Of a DNA stretch of 64,000 nucleotides, positions 55,311-64,000 are shown in pieces. Every line of letters starts with the position of its first letter. Positions within the stretch are counted from its first letter, which is position 1. A program made the position numbers and the translations under genes. The stretch covers positions 3,108-67,107 of the forward strand of contig CASDPK010000008.1 in assembly GCA_949282555.1 (NCBI GenBank). Direction: 5' to 3'. The notes below the pieces were generated by a model. It was not told the origin of the DNA. It searched no databases and saw only the letters and a program-made list of their open reading frames with translations. Source of the stretch: an uncultured Lentisphaeraceae bacterium. GTDB lineage: Bacteria > Verrucomicrobiota > Kiritimatiellia > RFP12 > DVOR01.

Positions 55311-57731
55311 TCACTTTTTGGCTTTGCGGGTCCGGGAGGGGGCCTTGATGGCGTGGCGTTCGGCCAAGGCGGGATAGTCGGGGATCTGCCCGCGGTAGCT
55401 TCTCACCAAGCGTTTGAGCGCCTCGAACTGACGTTCCGTGAGGAAGTGGCGGTCGTTGAGCTGGCGGGTGAGGCTTTCCAAGAACTCCCGGTCATCGTAG
55501 GTCCGCTTGCCGCGCTTGACGGGCTCGGCCCATTCGGTGACGTGGTCAAACGCCTTCAAGAGGTCTTTGGCGGCCGCTTCGTTGTCGGGGTGCGCGGTGT
55601 CTTCCGCCGGCACGGCAATCCGGCGCAGCAGGGCCAATTGTTTCGGCGAGAGGTCACCCTTTCGGGCGAATTGATCGCGCACGGATTCGGTGAAGCGCTT
55701 TTCCCACGCGGAGAGCTCGCGGCCTTCCAGCGCATCGAAGAGGGATTGCACTTCGGCCTTGTCGAGCGTCGGGGGAAGGGGCCCGACCACGTCTTCCAGC
55801 TGAGGCAGTTGGTCACGATACGAAATGGCCATGCGCGTGAGGGTCGCCAGCTGGGCCTTGGTCAGCGCCTCACCTTGGGCGACGGTGCCGCGCATTTCTT
55901 CGAAGAACGCCTGATCGTCCCACGAGACCTTCCCGGTCTTGGTGAGGGTGGGAGCCTTCCACTCGCGCACCTGCGCCAACTGGTCGAGCACGGGCCCCAC
56001 ACGCTTGGGGTCGGCGGCGAGCCATTCGGTGAGCTTGGCGTAAAAATCGGACACCTTCTGTTCCCAATCCAGCGAACCATCGGCGACCTTGTCGAGGGCA
56101 TCTTCCATTTGCGCGGTGAACTCCACGTTCACGAAGTCCGGCATTTGGGCGAGGAGATAATCCGTGGCGGCAATGCCCATGTCGGTGGGCGTGAGCACGT
56201 GCCCCTTGCCGCTCTTCACATAATCGCGGGCCAAGAGGGTGCGCACGGTGGCGGCGTAGGTCGAGGGGCGGCCGATGCCGTTTTCTTCCAGGGCCTTGAC
56301 GAGGGAGGCTTCGTTGTAGCGGGCCGGCGGCTGAGTCTCTTTCCCTTCGCAGAGCCATTCGCGGCAACGCACGCAATCGCCTTTGTCGAGGGCTGGCAAT
56401 GCTTTGACGTCACCCTCTTCGCCCTCGTCCTTGCCGTGCGACCACACGTTCAGATAGCCCTTGAAGACCACCTTTTGCGCGGAGGCGGTGAAGCGGTAGG
56501 CGTGGCGCGTGGGCGGGGGGACGGTCGGCTCGAAGGTCAGGGTTGTGCGCTCGAAACGGGCGGCGGCCATTTGGCTGGCCACAAAGCGCCGCCAAATGAG
56601 GTCGTAAAGCTTGGCTTGCTGGGGCTCCACGCCCTCCAGCTTCGGCTTCGTCACGTCGGTGGGGCGGATCGGTTCGTGGGCCTCTTGGGCGTTCTTTACC
56701 TTGTTGCCGTAGAAGTTGGGGGTGGCGGGCACACATTCTTTGCCGAACAGGCGCGCGATCTCCGCCTCCACCGCACCGCGGATGGAGGCGCTCACGGTGT
56801 ACCCATCGGTACGCATATAGGTGATGTGCCCCTCTTCGTAGAGCGCTTGGGCGATGCGCATGGTCTGGTCGGGCGAATAGCCCAAATGGGTGGCGGCGGC
56901 CTGCTGGAGGGTGGAGGTGATGAAGGGCGGCTGGGGCCGCTTGCCCACCGTCTTGCGCTCCACGGAGAGCACACGCACGTCGCGCCCTCGGAGGTCTTCC
57001 AAGTAGGCGTTGGCGGTGGTTTCCTCAGCGATGCCCTGCACCTCCTTGTCATAGGCCATGAATTTGGGCGCCGTGCCATCAACGGAGGCCAACCGGGCAT
57101 CGAAGGCGCACGCCCCCTTTTCCAAGCGGGCGCCCAAGAGCCAATAAGGGGTGGGGCGGAAGGCCTGCACCGCGCGTTCGCGGTCAACAATCAGGCGCAG
57201 GGCCACCGATTGCACACGCCCCGCGCTGCGGGCTCCGCGCACGGTGTTGGAGATGAGTTTGGAAATCTTGAACCCCGAAAGCCGATCCTCAATCCGTCGG
57301 GCCTGCTGGGCGTTCACAAGGTTGGTGTCGATTTCCGTGGGGTTCGCCAGCGCGTCGAGCACGGCCCCCTTCGTCACCTCGTTGTAGCGCACGCGGAAGA
57401 AGCGCCGCTCGCCCGGGACATCCTTCAGCACTTCGTAAAGGTGCCAAGCGATGCTCTCACCCTCTCGGTCAGGGTCGCTTGCGAGATAAACCGTCGTGGC
57501 TTTGGCGGTGGCCTTGCGCAAATCGTCCACAACCTTCTGCTTGTCCTTCGGGATCACGTAATTGGGCGCAAAATGGTCGGAGACGTTCACGCCAAGCACA
57601 AATTGCGGCAAATCGCGGATATGCCCCACCGAGGCCATGACCATGGTCTCTTTCGACACGTAGGAGGCAATCTTCTTCGCCTTGCTGGGCGATTCCACGA
57701 TAATGAGCGAACGGTTCTTCTTGGCTGCCAT
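55311..57731 (-). CDS. topA: DNA topoisomerase I with C-terminal extension
   Basis: Toprim N-terminus LIIVESPSKAKKI, the catalytic tyrosine region, and size typical of type IA TopA. Confidence 0.9.
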   Translation of the reverse strand: MAAKKNRSLIIVESPSKAKKIASYVSKETMVMASVGHIRDLPQFVLGVNVSDHFAPNYVIPKDKQKVVDDLRKATAKATTVYLASDPDREGESIAWHLYEVLKDVPGERRFFRVRYNEVTKGAVLDALANPTEIDTNLVNAQQARRIEDRLSGFKISKLISNTVRGARSAGRVQSVALRLIVDRERAVQAFRPTPYWLLGARLEKGACAFDARLASVDGTAPKFMAYDKEVQGIAEETTANAYLEDLRGRDVRVLSVERKTVGKRPQPPFITSTLQQAAATHLGYSPDQTMRIAQALYEEGHITYMRTDGYTVSASIRGAVEAEIARLFGKECVPATPNFYGNKVKNAQEAHEPIRPTDVTKPKLEGVEPQQAKLYDLIWRRFVASQMAAARFERTTLTFEPTVPPPTRHAYRFTASAQKVVFKGYLNVWSHGKDEGEEGDVKALPALDKGDCVRCREWLCEGKETQPPARYNEASLVKALEENGIGRPSTYAATVRTLLARDYVKSGKGHVLTPTDMGIAATDYLLAQMPDFVNVEFTAQMEDALDKVADGSLDWEQKVSDFYAKLTEWLAADPKRVGPVLDQLAQVREWKAPTLTKTGKVSWDDQAFFEEMRGTVAQGEALTKAQLATLTRMAISYRDQLPQLEDVVGPLPPTLDKAEVQSLFDALEGRELSAWEKRFTESVRDQFARKGDLSPKQLALLRRIAVPAEDTAHPDNEAAAKDLLKAFDHVTEWAEPVKRGKRTYDDREFLESLTRQLNDRHFLTERQFEALKRLVRSYRGQIPDYPALAERHAIKAPSRTRKAKK

Positions 57732-57976
57732 CGAAAAGGGTCCTTTCGGAAAAGTCCCTAAAGCAATAGCACTCTCCCGTGCCTCTTGGCAAGCCTTTTT
57801 TCTCCCCAAGTCCCCTATACTATATTCTATAGTATAAAGTGCGGCGCGATGGCCGACGTTGGCCGCAAACTCCAAAAACCTGCGCGAAGGGAACCCCTAA
57901 AACCCCCGATCCCGGTCATAGGATTAAGATGGGGCAATGCGGGCGTTGTCGAAGCCTACCGTCCTTCATCCCCAAG

Positions 57977-58014
57977 TGCTCCGTATCTCCCCATGGGATG
58001 CACTGCATCTCCCT
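57977..58014. repeat. Forward copy of the ~38-bp island-boundary repeat (TGCTCCGTATCTCCCCATGGGATGCACTGCATCTCCCT)
   Basis: Shares the exact 13-mer GCTCCGTATCTCC with 2260-2272. Shares about 34 of 38 bp with the reverse complement of 44277-44312. Confidence 0.55.
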
Positions 58015-58236
58015 ATGAGACATGCCGTGCCACGATTGGAACCCCTCTGCAGGCTTGGTGGAGCGTCTCGGTCTTATAAGGTGAACGCCTTGTCACCTTG
58101 CCTGCTTCACATACGTTGAGAAAGAACTTGCAGTCGCTATCGGTTGTGCGATAAAGTTACTGGTATGTCTTTTATGTTTAGGACTGTGAAGGGAACTTTT
58201 GCGATTGGTTGTTACATGAGAGAGGAATGCTAAGAG

Positions 58237-58845
58237 ATGAAAGCAATTTGGTGCCTTCCATTGTGTCTCCTTTTGGGGTGTACGAATTATTCCGGGTTCT
58301 TGTCGTCTCGCTGGAATCCGCCCATCGTTTCGCCGCCGCCGGTTCCGGGGTCTATGGTTTCAATTGGTTTTATCGGTCTTGGATTCCGCGAACACCTTGG
58401 TTATGCATCAACGGGGGAGCGCCCTTTCATCCAAGGTCGGCTTCTGCAAATAGGAAAACCTCGCGATTCGCAGGGAGCCTATTATCCCCATTCCCCATGC
58501 CGCCCAATTCGGGTGGAGATTAGTATTTGCCATCGTGAAGGGGATGACCGCTTTAAGTACGACTACCTACTGTTTGTGCACCGGTTGCCGGCGGAGCTCG
58601 TCATCAAATCGGTGAACCGGGTTACAGGCGAAGAGGAATTGGCTTGGCCTGCCAACATCATGATGTCAGGGTCGCACTATTCATGGATTACGCCCTTCCC
58701 CGAAAACACCACCATCACGCTGACGGAGTTGTTTTGGGTTTCCGGCGCAAGCGATTATCGGAAGACGCACGATCTTTATATTGTTTATTGGAATGAGGAG
58801 GTTCGCGTAGAGACGCCGCTTGAGGTCGAGGAAATACCGTGGTGA
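58237..58845 (+). CDS. Hypothetical lipoprotein
   Basis: Lipobox LLLGC. Low-GC island. Confidence 0.5.
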   Translation: MKAIWCLPLCLLLGCTNYSGFLSSRWNPPIVSPPPVPGSMVSIGFIGLGFREHLGYASTGERPFIQGRLLQIGKPRDSQGAYYPHSPCRPIRVEISICHREGDDRFKYDYLLFVHRLPAELVIKSVNRVTGEEELAWPANIMMSGSHYSWITPFPENTTITLTELFWVSGASDYRKTHDLYIVYWNEEVRVETPLEVEEIPW

Positions 58846-59036
58846 TGGTGTGGTGAAAGACCAATGCCCTCCACTGTTGCTTCAATTTCGAGAGCGCCTT
58901 GCCCCGTTTTCACGGCGGTTTCCGTCAATTGTTCTTTAGCAGCCCAATGGGACCACGGTTTGTATGGGTATAATGTCTTTGAATGCGGTGGTGTTATGAG
59001 GAGTGCATTGGGTCACTTTGTCAAAGGAGAGAGGTG

Positions 59037-59708
59037 ATGTTCCGTAACTTACCTACACATCTTGTGGTCTTGGCACTCCTGTTGATTTCAGGATGCTTAT
59101 CAGCACCGACAAATACACGGACTTGGAAACTTCGCCTAACGGATAGGACATTGGAGTTTGAAGAACCCGTTACGTTTTCTGTCCCAGTTTCATCAATTGG
59201 GGAAAAGCGTCTTGCAACGCATGTGGAGGGGATTGTCAAAGACAATTTGAGGGATGCACCATTCTTGGTAGAAGTCGAGTTGGATGACGTGGATAATTTG
59301 TCTTCGTGCTCATATTGGAAAATGATGCATTCCGTATTGGACTATTTGTGCATCGGAGGGAGAGTGAAGGTGCACATGAAGACAGGGGGAGCACCCATTG
59401 AATATATGTATGCCACGGAATATCCTTCAGGCTCGCCCGAGGAAATAATCAATGGCAACTTTCCTTACAGAGTTCTCGGCGAAAACAATTACCTTTTGAT
59501 GGCTGAAACCTACTTCGTAATCAACGGACAACGGTATGAGCATGGAGAGACGCTAGATAAAGAGTTGCAACGTTGTCTCCAAAAGGCGCCGTTGATTGTT
59601 TTCCTTACGCCTCGAGTAAAGATAAAAGAGGTGATTGTCTTTTTGCAGTCATTAAACATGACGTCCTTTCCTCTCGGTTTTTTGCCATTGCCGTCTTGGG
59701 AACGTTGA
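59037..59708 (+). CDS. Hypothetical lipoprotein
   Basis: AAGGAGAGAGG RBS. Lipobox LLISGC. Confidence 0.5.
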   Translation: MFRNLPTHLVVLALLLISGCLSAPTNTRTWKLRLTDRTLEFEEPVTFSVPVSSIGEKRLATHVEGIVKDNLRDAPFLVEVELDDVDNLSSCSYWKMMHSVLDYLCIGGRVKVHMKTGGAPIEYMYATEYPSGSPEEIINGNFPYRVLGENNYLLMAETYFVINGQRYEHGETLDKELQRCLQKAPLIVFLTPRVKIKEVIVFLQSLNMTSFPLGFLPLPSWER

Positions 59709-59718
59709 CCCAAAGGTT

Positions 59719-60414
59719 ATGGAGGTGGTGAAGATGCGGCGAATAGGGTTTGCGGGCAGGCTTGCTTCTCGCAGAACAAGGACACGAATGAGCGAGAGGC
59801 ACATATCGATGGGGAAATGGATTGTTTGTCCCTTGTTGCTCATGGGCTTCGCCTGTCTTGCCGGCCAGCAGGTTCTCCCTCATTCGGAGGAGGCGAATGT
59901 GTCCCATCTTCACTTCGATTATCTCCCGTCTTCAACGAATGTATCAACAAGAATAGACGTTCGTTTTGACGTAAAACCGGTGGTTGTGCCGACGGGTGAA
60001 CGTTTGACGGTGTGGATTCAACTTGCGAATCGAGGTGAACTTCCCGTCGATGTTGGGGCACTTCCGGTCGACTCGTTTATGGAAAAGATGAATGTGGCAA
60101 CGAAGGCATGGGCGCCGATGAGGGAAGATCTTCCCGCGCTCTCAAAGAGAGACGGAATCTATCTCTCTGAGGGGATTAAAGGCTTTTATCCGCTAAGTCA
60201 GGTAGAGGCAATGAAGGTGACGGTTTTAAAAGAAGGACGGGCGTGGCGCTCTGAGGGATGTGTCCCTCCCGCTTACATGTTGCGAAGTGGAATGACGGTT
60301 GTTTTCTCGCAGGAACTCACGTTTCTGAGAGAGGGGCGGTGGCGATTGTATTATCGTGTCAATGGAAAGATCTATGGCCGAGACATTATCAGCCAAGAGC
60401 GAAAGGGCCGATGA
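59719..60414 (+). CDS. Hypothetical secreted protein (start probably at ATG 59788 or 59809)
   Basis: Signal-peptide-like MGKWIVCPLLLMGFACLAGQQ after internal Met codons. Confidence 0.4.
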   Translation: MEVVKMRRIGFAGRLASRRTRTRMSERHISMGKWIVCPLLLMGFACLAGQQVLPHSEEANVSHLHFDYLPSSTNVSTRIDVRFDVKPVVVPTGERLTVWIQLANRGELPVDVGALPVDSFMEKMNVATKAWAPMREDLPALSKRDGIYLSEGIKGFYPLSQVEAMKVTVLKEGRAWRSEGCVPPAYMLRSGMTVVFSQELTFLREGRWRLYYRVNGKIYGRDIISQERKGR

Positions 60415-60448
60415 AGCAGACTCTTCACGGGTTACAAAGGGAGAAGGC

Positions 60449-60913
60449 ATGTTGGGGAAGATTGCCATGAAGTTGAAGTTTCGCTGTTGCTTCTTTTGGG
60501 GGATGGGCGTCTTTTTTCTCCTTCTGCTTCTCTTCGTCGGAGGAGCCTTGTTGCAGCCATTCCTGCTCCGGAATGCGATATTTGGGGAGGCTCGCAGTCA
60601 GCTGCATTTGGAATCGGTTGAGTGTGAGAAATTATCCCAATCGGTTGAGCCATTCATTTTCGGCCCGTCGGGTTACGCTTGCTTGATACGCCTGAAGACG
60701 TCGTGGAAATTGCCTGACAGTATGCGACGGATAAGGGAGGCAGAGGCGTGCAGACATCTTTTGGATAGGAGTGCACGTTCTACCGGAATCTCCTTCAATC
60801 CTTCTGATGCGCGTTGTTATTGGGCGCCTTATCGTAAGGGGACACGTCAAGGTGAACTTGCGATTGTCTATGACGACAAGCAATCACTCCTGTGGATTCA
60901 TGTGTGGATTTAA
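60449..60913 (+). CDS. Hypothetical membrane-anchored protein
   Basis: AAAGGGAGAAGG RBS. N-terminal TM segment GMGVFFLLLLLFVGGALL. Confidence 0.35.
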   Translation: MLGKIAMKLKFRCCFFWGMGVFFLLLLLFVGGALLQPFLLRNAIFGEARSQLHLESVECEKLSQSVEPFIFGPSGYACLIRLKTSWKLPDSMRRIREAEACRHLLDRSARSTGISFNPSDARCYWAPYRKGTRQGELAIVYDDKQSLLWIHVWI

Positions 60914-61089
60914 GGGGTAAAGCTGTTTTAGCCCGTGTCATGGAGATCACACATTGGGTAGGGAACCTTCTTTGCCGTGTCGCCCCCCGCCCATTGTCCT
61001 TTGATTGCCGGGAGGGCGAACGTGCTTTTTCTGTGATAAACTATGCGCCCATTTCATCCTACGTTCAACGAGAGACGGAGAGTTATCAC

Positions 61090-61989
61090 ATGGCAGAGAC
61101 GATCGTGGCAACCGTGAATGGCGAACCTATCCCGCAGCAAGCGGTGGATTTTGAATTGCAGCGCCTCATTCACTTTTATCAGCAGCAGGGAATGCCGGAG
61201 CATCAGATCCGCCAGCAGCTCGACACGTTGCGTGCGCGTGCCCTGGAGCAGGCGATTGGCACCAAGTTGCTCATTGATGAGGCTCGGCGGCTGGATATCC
61301 CCGTGTCGGGGGAGGAGTTGGACGCGCAGTTCGAGACGTATGTGCAGCAGTTCGGCGGAGACCGTGAGAAGCTGGTCAAGGCGATTGAGGCGCAGGGGAT
61401 GACCGTGGAGGGGTTCAAGCAGGAGTTGCGCCAAGGGGCGATGATCAACAAGCTCATCGACCGCGTGTGCGCCGATGCCCCGCAACCGACGGAAGAGGAC
61501 ATCAAGGCTCATTATGAGGCGCACAAGGATGAGTATGTGACGCAGGATCGCGTCCTTGCGCAGCATATTCTCGTCAAGCCCGACGGCGACAAGCCGGAGG
61601 ACAAAGCCGCGGCGAAGGCGAAGCTGGAGGTCATCCGCAACCGCATCGTGAATGGGGAGAGCACGTTTGCCGACGAGGCGAAGGCGCATTCCGATTGCCC
61701 CAGCGGCAAGTCCAATGGTGGTTCGTTGGGTTGGTTTGGCCGCGGCATGATGGTGAAGCCCTTTGAGGATGTGGCGTTCACGCTGGCGTTGAATACGGTG
61801 TCCGACATTCTGGAGACGCAGTTTGGCTATCACATCATCGTGAAGACCGGAGAGGAGAAGGGGCACACGCCCACGCTCGACGAGATCCACGACAAGGTGC
61901 GCGATTTCCTCTTCCACACCGCACGCGGACAGGCCGTCTCCGACCACGTGGCCGAACTCCGCGCGAAGGCCGATGTGAAGATCGGGTAA
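61090..61989 (+). CDS. Parvulin-type peptidyl-prolyl cis-trans isomerase (SurA/PrsA-like)
   Basis: Chaperone N-domain, then the parvulin block VLAQHILVK...CPSGKSNGGSLGWFGRGMMVKPFEDVAF...GYHIIV. Confidence 0.8.
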   Translation: MAETIVATVNGEPIPQQAVDFELQRLIHFYQQQGMPEHQIRQQLDTLRARALEQAIGTKLLIDEARRLDIPVSGEELDAQFETYVQQFGGDREKLVKAIEAQGMTVEGFKQELRQGAMINKLIDRVCADAPQPTEEDIKAHYEAHKDEYVTQDRVLAQHILVKPDGDKPEDKAAAKAKLEVIRNRIVNGESTFADEAKAHSDCPSGKSNGGSLGWFGRGMMVKPFEDVAFTLALNTVSDILETQFGYHIIVKTGEEKGHTPTLDEIHDKVRDFLFHTARGQAVSDHVAELRAKADVKIG

Positions 61990-62035
61990 TCCCGCACGCC
62001 CCTCGCTTCCGCGTTGTCCCATTGAAGAGGTGGCC

Positions 62036-64000
62036 ATGATTGACCGCATTTCCCTTGAGCTCAACATCTCCCCCCGGCAAGTCGCCGCCGTCGCCAGACT
62101 GTTGGAGGAGGGGTGCACCGTGCCGTTCATCGCGCGTTACCGGAAGGAGGCCCATGGCAACTTGGACGAGGTGCAGATCGGCGCCATTCAGGAACGCTTG
62201 GCCTATCATCGAGAGTTGGAGGCGCGCCGTGAGACGGTGCTCTCTTCCATCATCCAACAAGGGAAGCTGACCGACGAGCTCAAGGCGCGCATTCTTGCGT
62301 GTACCACACGCACCGCGCTGGAAGATCTCTATCTGCCGTATCGGCCCAAGCGCCGCACACGCGCCATGATCGCCCGCGAACGCGGCCTCGAGCCTTTGGC
62401 CGAACGTATCTTGGCCCAAGCCGAGGGCGATCCGGAAGCCGAGGCCGCCGCATACGTCGATGCCGCGAAGGAGGTGCCCGATGTCGCCTCCGCGCTCAAG
62501 GGCGCGCGCGACATCGTCGCCGAGCGCATGGCCGAATCCTCCGAGGTGCGCGGATTTGCCCGTGAGTGGTTGGCCACCCATGGCACGGTCCGCTCCGAGG
62601 CGGCCGACCCCGAGAATGCCCAGCCCACCAAGTTTGAGCAGTACTACGACTTCTCCGAAGCCGTCGCCACCATCCCCTCGCACCGCTTTTTGGCCATCAA
62701 GCGCGGCGAGGCCGAGGGGGTGCTCCGCTCCACGCTGGAGGTCGATGGCGACCCCGTGGTGCGCAAGGCCTTGGAGCTTTTTGCCTTGCGTGAGGGAAGT
62801 CCGTGGGCAGACCACCTGCGCACGGCGGCGGAGGATGCCTACCGCCGACTCATTGCCCCGAGTGTCGAGCTTGATGTGGCGGTGGAGCTCAAACAACGTT
62901 CCGATCGTGCGGCGGTGGAGGTGTTCGCGGAGAACCTGCGCCATTTGCTCCTTCAGGCCCCTCTTGGGGAGCGGAGCGTCCTGGGTGTCGACCCCGGTGT
63001 GCGCACCGGTTGCAAGTGCGCCGCGCTGGACGCGACCGGAAAGTTTCTCCAAAACGTTACCATCTACCTTTCGCAAGGTTCGCAACGGGAGGCCGAGGCG
63101 GCGATGGAGCTGCTCCGGCTCGTGGCGCGTCATCGGCCCTACGCCGTCGCGGTGGGCAATGGCACCGCAGGGCGTGAAACGGAGCGTTTCGTCCGGCGCG
63201 TGTTGCGGGAAAGCGGCAATGAGGATGTGCTCGTGGTTTCCGTGAGTGAGGCGGGGGCCTCGGTCTATTCCGCCAGCGAAGTCGCGCGCGAAGAGTTCCC
63301 CGAGTTGGATCTCACCGTCCGCGGGGCCATCTCCATTGGCCGCCGACTGCAAGATCCGCTGGCGGAGCTTGTGAAGATCGACCCCAAGGCCATCGGCGTT
63401 GGGCAATATCAGCACGATGTGAACCAAACGTTGCTCGGCGCCAAACTCGACGAGGTGGTGGTGAGTTGCGTCAACCGTGTGGGCGTGGAGCTCAATACGG
63501 CCAGCGCCCCGTTGCTCACCCGTGTGTCGGGCATTGGCCCTGCCATGGCCCGAAAGATTGTGGACTATCGCAATGAGCACGGCGCCTTCCGCTCCCGCGG
63601 GGAATTGTTGCGCGTGCCGGGGCTTGGCGCCAAAACCTTTGAGCAATGCGCGGGCTTCCTGCGGATTCGCGAAAGCGAAAATCCGCTCGATCGCTCGGCG
63701 GTTCACCCCGAACGCTACGCACTCGTGCGCCGCATGGCCGAAGACGCGGGGTTCACGCTGGAGCATCTCGTGGGCAACGCCGAGGCCGTGGGCCGCATTC
63801 AGGCCAGCCGATATGAGAGTGACGATGTGGGCGCCCTCACCCTTCGGGACATTCTCGATGAACTCCGCAAACCGGGACGCGATCCCCGTGCGGTCTTTGA
63901 GCCGCCCGCCTTCCGTGAGGATGTCTGCACCATCGAGGACGTCCGCCCCGGCATGACGCTCGAGGGGATTGTGACCAACGTCACGGCCTTTGGCGCCTTT
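62036..64000 (+). CDS. tex: Transcription accessory protein Tex (S1 domain-containing), 5' part; the ORF leaves the window
   Basis: ISLELNISPRQVAAVARLLEEGCTVPFIARYRKEAHGNLDEVQ is the Tex N-terminus. YqgF-like LGVDPGVRTGCKCAALDATGKFL follows, and an HhH region at the end. No stop occurs before the window ends, so the ORF is absent from the supplied ORF track. Confidence 0.85.
   Translation, partial: MIDRISLELNISPRQVAAVARLLEEGCTVPFIARYRKEAHGNLDEVQIGAIQERLAYHRELEARRETVLSSIIQQGKLTDELKARILACTTRTALEDLYLPYRPKRRTRAMIARERGLEPLAERILAQAEGDPEAEAAAYVDAAKEVPDVASALKGARDIVAERMAESSEVRGFAREWLATHGTVRSEAADPENAQPTKFEQYYDFSEAVATIPSHRFLAIKRGEAEGVLRSTLEVDGDPVVRKALELFALREGSPWADHLRTAAEDAYRRLIAPSVELDVAVELKQRSDRAAVEVFAENLRHLLLQAPLGERSVLGVDPGVRTGCKCAALDATGKFLQNVTIYLSQGSQREAEAAMELLRLVARHRPYAVAVGNGTAGRETERFVRRVLRESGNEDVLVVSVSEAGASVYSASEVAREEFPELDLTVRGAISIGRRLQDPLAELVKIDPKAIGVGQYQHDVNQTLLGAKLDEVVVSCVNRVGVELNTASAPLLTRVSGIGPAMARKIVDYRNEHGAFRSRGELLRVPGLGAKTFEQCAGFLRIRESENPLDRSAVHPERYALVRRMAEDAGFTLEHLVGNAEAVGRIQASRYESDDVGALTLRDILDELRKPGRDPRAVFEPPAFREDVCTIEDVRPGMTLEGIVTNVTAFGAF

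Noticed and set aside
45922-63766. Long opposite-strand ORFs over eamA, neuD, dnaE, topA, ppiC and tex (391, 222, 526, 819, 358 and 643 aa)
   Set aside because: High-GC shadow ORFs. The annotated strands have unambiguous family motifs.
1-64000. CRISPR arrays, rRNA or tRNA genes, integrase or transposase genes
   Set aside because: No spacer-repeat periodicity, rRNA-like conserved blocks, cloverleaf-compatible sequences or recombinase motifs were seen. The islands lack obvious mobility genes inside the window.

Overview
This 64 kb window is high-GC DNA from a Gram-negative bacterium. The many paralogous prepilin-type (G|FTLIELLVVI) pseudopilins suggest the PVC superphylum (Verrucomicrobia, Lentisphaerae or Kiritimatiellaeota type). 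I could not verify the taxon. The high-GC backbone carries housekeeping genes: the secA 3' end, a Hanks-type Ser/Thr kinase, a sirtuin, an rRNA methyltransferase, tpiA, an ilvE-ilvB-ilvH-aroE-prepilin peptidase-folB block, dnaE, topA, yggS, ybeY, a PPIase, and the tex 5' end. The most striking locus is an ~11 kb minus-strand operon (18.1-29.4 kb) of type II secretion / type IV pilus-like genes. It runs gspF, six N-methyl pseudopilins and a GspG-like pseudopilin with DPWGNPY, then a giant 1149-aa GspK-like protein, then a translationally coupled acidic Cys4 protein. No secretin or ATPase lies nearby. The cognate prepilin peptidase instead sits inside the ilv/aro/fol operon. Three lower-GC islands (about 2.3-4.8 kb, 35.7-44.3 kb and 57.9-60.9 kb) carry hypothetical secreted proteins and lipoproteins, an ankyrin-repeat lipoprotein, a Sel1-repeat protein and a zinc-ribbon rhomboid. 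Edges of all three islands carry a short conserved repeat with the core GCTCCGYATCTCC. Other oddities are an in-frame CinA_C-BCAT fusion ORF, a GGGtGRT plus IscU/NifU-like two-gene cassette, and two minus-strand promoters sharing TTGCAG-N17/18-TATAAT. No rRNA, tRNA or CRISPR array was recognised.
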